A stretch of DNA of 64,000 bases. Source: an uncultured archaeon. GTDB lineage: Archaea > Altiarchaeota > Altiarchaeia > JAFGQM01. This document shows positions 61,581 through 64,000 of the stretch, piece by piece; the stretch's first letter is position 1; the number at the start of each line of letters is the position of its first letter. The notes below the pieces were generated by a model, which did no database searches, had not been told where the DNA came from, and saw nothing but the letters and a program-made list of their open reading frames with translations. The stretch lies in contig CAZUDQ010000002.1 in assembly GCA_964619365.1 (NCBI GenBank), forward strand, positions 1 to 64,000. The letters are read 5' to 3'. Both the position numbers and the translations under genes were made by a program.

Positions 61581-62519
61581 TTAACAGTTTGGATGATTTT
61601 TTGTCCACCAGCAACGAGTGGAACATGCATTACCCGTTGCATAGTTCATTGCACAGACAAGACCAAGTTTGACATATCCTAAGGCAGGTATGCTGACCTT
61701 AGCTCTCCCCTCAATCATACTTTCATGGACTGGGTAGGAGACAATCGGGGCGATACATCCACCGTAGTCTATAAGACACTGGTCTTCCTTGTGATTGTTG
61801 TCGCCTTTTGTGAAAAATAACCTGTATCTATTTGCATTTTCACTCATTTCAGGAAAACTGCTTAACAGATCCTCTCTTGAATAGAGTTCATTTAATGCGT
61901 TAAGTTCATACCTAGAGCCGCATGGCGTCATTATGGCATTTCCGTCAAAGCTTACTGCTCCTTGGGTGCTTGCACTCTTGTCTGAAATGTCTGCTATGCC
62001 AACGACTCTGTGGATTATTGGTTCCCCCCCACCATAAAGCGCACCTTGCCAGCAGCCTGATACCTTTTGGAATACTATGACGTCACCTACGACAATATCC
62101 TTTGCAGAGTCGCCAGTAACGACTGCTATATCTCCGATATATATACCACCTGATTGTGGGATATTTGAACTTGTCAGGTTATTTTGTTCCAGCCACATGT
62201 TCCAGCCATCGTGGTGCTCCATAGACTCTGATTCGATTACAACAACCGGGAAACCTGTTCCAAAAGCCACGCCTAAGACCTGAATTATGAGCCACGCACA
62301 AAATACTGCAAAAAGAAAATCAAATATGTCCCCTGCAACACCAGGGATATGCTTTTCCTTTGCAGTTTTTATCTTCTTGTGCTGCTTTTTTACAAAATGA
62401 TATGCCTTTTTGTGAGGTGCTTTAGCTACAGGCTCTTTTGGCTCATTACCCTTTTTAGAGGATTTTTGTGAAGGCTTAGAATCGTTTGATTCGTCCCAGG
62501 AAATCCCCCCCAATGGCAT
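61581..62519 (-). CDS. Signal peptidase I (S26B/Sec11-like) with Cys-containing insertions
   Basis: VVIESESM, VGDVIVF, IIHRVV, TKGDNN..D, IPALGY. Confidence 0.85.
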   Translation of the reverse strand: MPLGGISWDESNDSKPSQKSSKKGNEPKEPVAKAPHKKAYHFVKKQHKKIKTAKEKHIPGVAGDIFDFLFAVFCAWLIIQVLGVAFGTGFPVVVIESESMEHHDGWNMWLEQNNLTSSNIPQSGGIYIGDIAVVTGDSAKDIVVGDVIVFQKVSGCWQGALYGGGEPIIHRVVGIADISDKSASTQGAVSFDGNAIMTPCGSRYELNALNELYSREDLLSSFPEMSENANRYRLFFTKGDNNHKEDQCLIDYGGCIAPIVSYPVHESMIEGRAKVSIPALGYVKLGLVCAMNYATGNACSTRCWWTKNHPNC

Positions 62520-62533
62520 TATTATATAGGAAT

Positions 62534-62863
62534 TTATTTGACTTTCTTAAACGCCGCCGAAATTTCCTTTGCGTCCTTCGAGATCTTCACAAGAGCTTTC
62601 TTAAATGAGGCTTCAGGGGTTTTACTATGTATGTTCAGCACAAAGTCAGGGCTTATTGGAAGCTTACTCTCAAGCGGAGGTTTTTTACCGCTTTTTACAG
62701 CCTCTTTATCCCCAATTAACGGATGCGGCATGGTGTATGATGCGAATTTGACATCTTTGTCTGCGTCAAGCGCTGAACAAAGCACGTTCATAATGCCATG
62801 GTCTGCACCAAGTATTTCAATACTGATTTTGTCCTTTGTCTTTTCGACGACTATTGATTCCAT
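62534..62863 (-). CDS. rpoL: RNA polymerase subunit L (Rpo11)
   Basis: GADHGIMNVL...VKFASYTMPHPL; next to csl4. Confidence 0.88.
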   Translation of the reverse strand: MESIVVEKTKDKISIEILGADHGIMNVLCSALDADKDVKFASYTMPHPLIGDKEAVKSGKKPPLESKLPISPDFVLNIHSKTPEASFKKALVKISKDAKEISAAFKKVK

Positions 62864-62871
62864 TTTGGCAA

Positions 62872-63420
62872 TTATTCTTCCTTGTAAAGGTAGTCTGTTG
62901 ACGTTTTTCTTTGTTCGATTTTATTACAGGTTGTACAACTGAGCTTTCCTTCCTTCTCCTTTAAGAGTCCCCTGCATTTTGAGCAGTATCCCTCGATAAC
63001 TCCTAAGTTTGGTGCTTTAGTTGTCATCACCACATCATTTGGAAGCACCTGAGAGACCTCGGCCTTTACTATGTCGCCGACCTTAAACTCATCTGCTGCA
63101 GATTCTGTGTATCCTGACGCGATATCCATCACACGTACAACACCCAGTCTTTCTGAAGGGAGTCCTCTTTGTTTTCCGACAATCTTTAATATTTTTAATA
63201 TGGCGATTTTCTCTCTTGTTGATTCAACGGTAGTTATAACAACATCTCCACGCTCAAGTTCAAAGATTTCGGTTACTGGCTCGACATAAGCCTCGTCTCC
63301 ATCTTCCCTTAGCGTGCCGGTTAGGCATGCGTAAGTTTTTCCGCCATCCTTATATAATCCTGGTCCCGCGAGTTTTTCGGTTTTAACCTTTTCACCCGGC
63401 ACGACAAATATTTCTTTCAT
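62872..63420 (-). CDS. csl4: Exosome subunit Csl4
   Basis: VVPGE..GPG, S1 domain FKVGDIVKAEV, LGVI..YCSKC..C..C..EQRK zinc ribbon. Confidence 0.92.
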   Translation of the reverse strand: MKEIFVVPGEKVKTEKLAGPGLYKDGGKTYACLTGTLREDGDEAYVEPVTEIFELERGDVVITTVESTREKIAILKILKIVGKQRGLPSERLGVVRVMDIASGYTESAADEFKVGDIVKAEVSQVLPNDVVMTTKAPNLGVIEGYCSKCRGLLKEKEGKLSCTTCNKIEQRKTSTDYLYKEE

Positions 63421-63566
63421 TTTAGAAGTGTTTTCCGCCCAAACGGCTGGTAACTAGTTAATTAGCCTATTTTGATGTAATTCCTATTTAAATAAAGCAA
63501 GTCGGCCGTTCATATTTAAATATCCCTAAATGTTAGATAAGTCGATTTTTAACCCTATTAAAAAAG

Positions 63567-64000
63567 ATGGAAACTAAACAAATGTATATAATTGGCGTAA
63601 TCGTAGCAATAATTGTTATTGCAGTTGTTGCAATACTTCTAATGGGTAGTTCTGACAAAGGAACCTCAACAGTTCCAGTTAGTAACATATCCGATGAACT
63701 AGGTCCGGGCCCAGCAATGCCTGGCAGCGATAGAGACGAGCATGGGTGCATACCTTCTGCAGGATACTCATGGTGCGAAAGCCTGGGTGAGTGTATCAGG
63801 CCATGGGAAACTGACTGCCCCGCGATGGGATCAGGTCCACAGATAGTAGGTAACGACGCAGACGAGCATGGATGTATAGCCTCTGCAGGTTATACTTGGT
63901 GCGAAAGCCTTAGCGAGTGTATCAGGTCGTGGGAAACTGACTGCCCAGATTTAGGTCCAGGTCCAGTAGTAGGTAACGACAAAGATGAGCATGGATGCAT
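63567..64000 (+). CDS. Membrane-anchored protein with DEHGC..SAGY.WC repeats (runs off window)
   Basis: Manual translation METKQMYIIGVIVAIIVIAVVAILL..., then 41-42-aa repeats G.D.DEHGCI.SAGY.WCESL.ECIR.WETDCP starting near 63735, 63861, 63984. Confidence 0.85.
   Translation, partial: METKQMYIIGVIVAIIVIAVVAILLMGSSDKGTSTVPVSNISDELGPGPAMPGSDRDEHGCIPSAGYSWCESLGECIRPWETDCPAMGSGPQIVGNDADEHGCIASAGYTWCESLSECIRSWETDCPDLGPGPVVGNDKDEHGC

Overview
Archaeal chromosomal window, inferred to be a DPANN-type lineage that keeps separate PriS and PriL, exosome Csl4, PGK/TpiA/RpiA and two PurP paralogs. The housekeeping backbone comprises aIF5A, MinD, Sm, tRNA-Val(TAC), Nth, Pelota, Hel308, eL15, PriS-PriL-PCNA, RpoL and Csl4. 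About a third of the window is two giant paralogous LamG/Ig surface proteins (2979 and 4275 aa) built from near-identical DNA framework segments flanking variable modules, and several smaller Cys-rich exported proteins are also present. The best candidate for an undescribed system is an AT-rich four-gene operon at 39068-42507: KaiC/RAD55-like ATPase, tandem V4R-like protein, divergent GGGP-synthase-like TIM barrel with altered catalytic motifs, and HAD-IB phosphatase. It looks like a lipid or small-molecule signal synthesis/sensing module. Other points are a DUF2226/roadblock-like/MinD cluster, a candidate eL15 leader hairpin, a decayed pilus platform gene and several basic orphan proteins, one kinase-like. 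No CRISPR array, integrase, transposase or reverse transcriptase was seen. Family calls come from reading motifs by eye, with no database searches.
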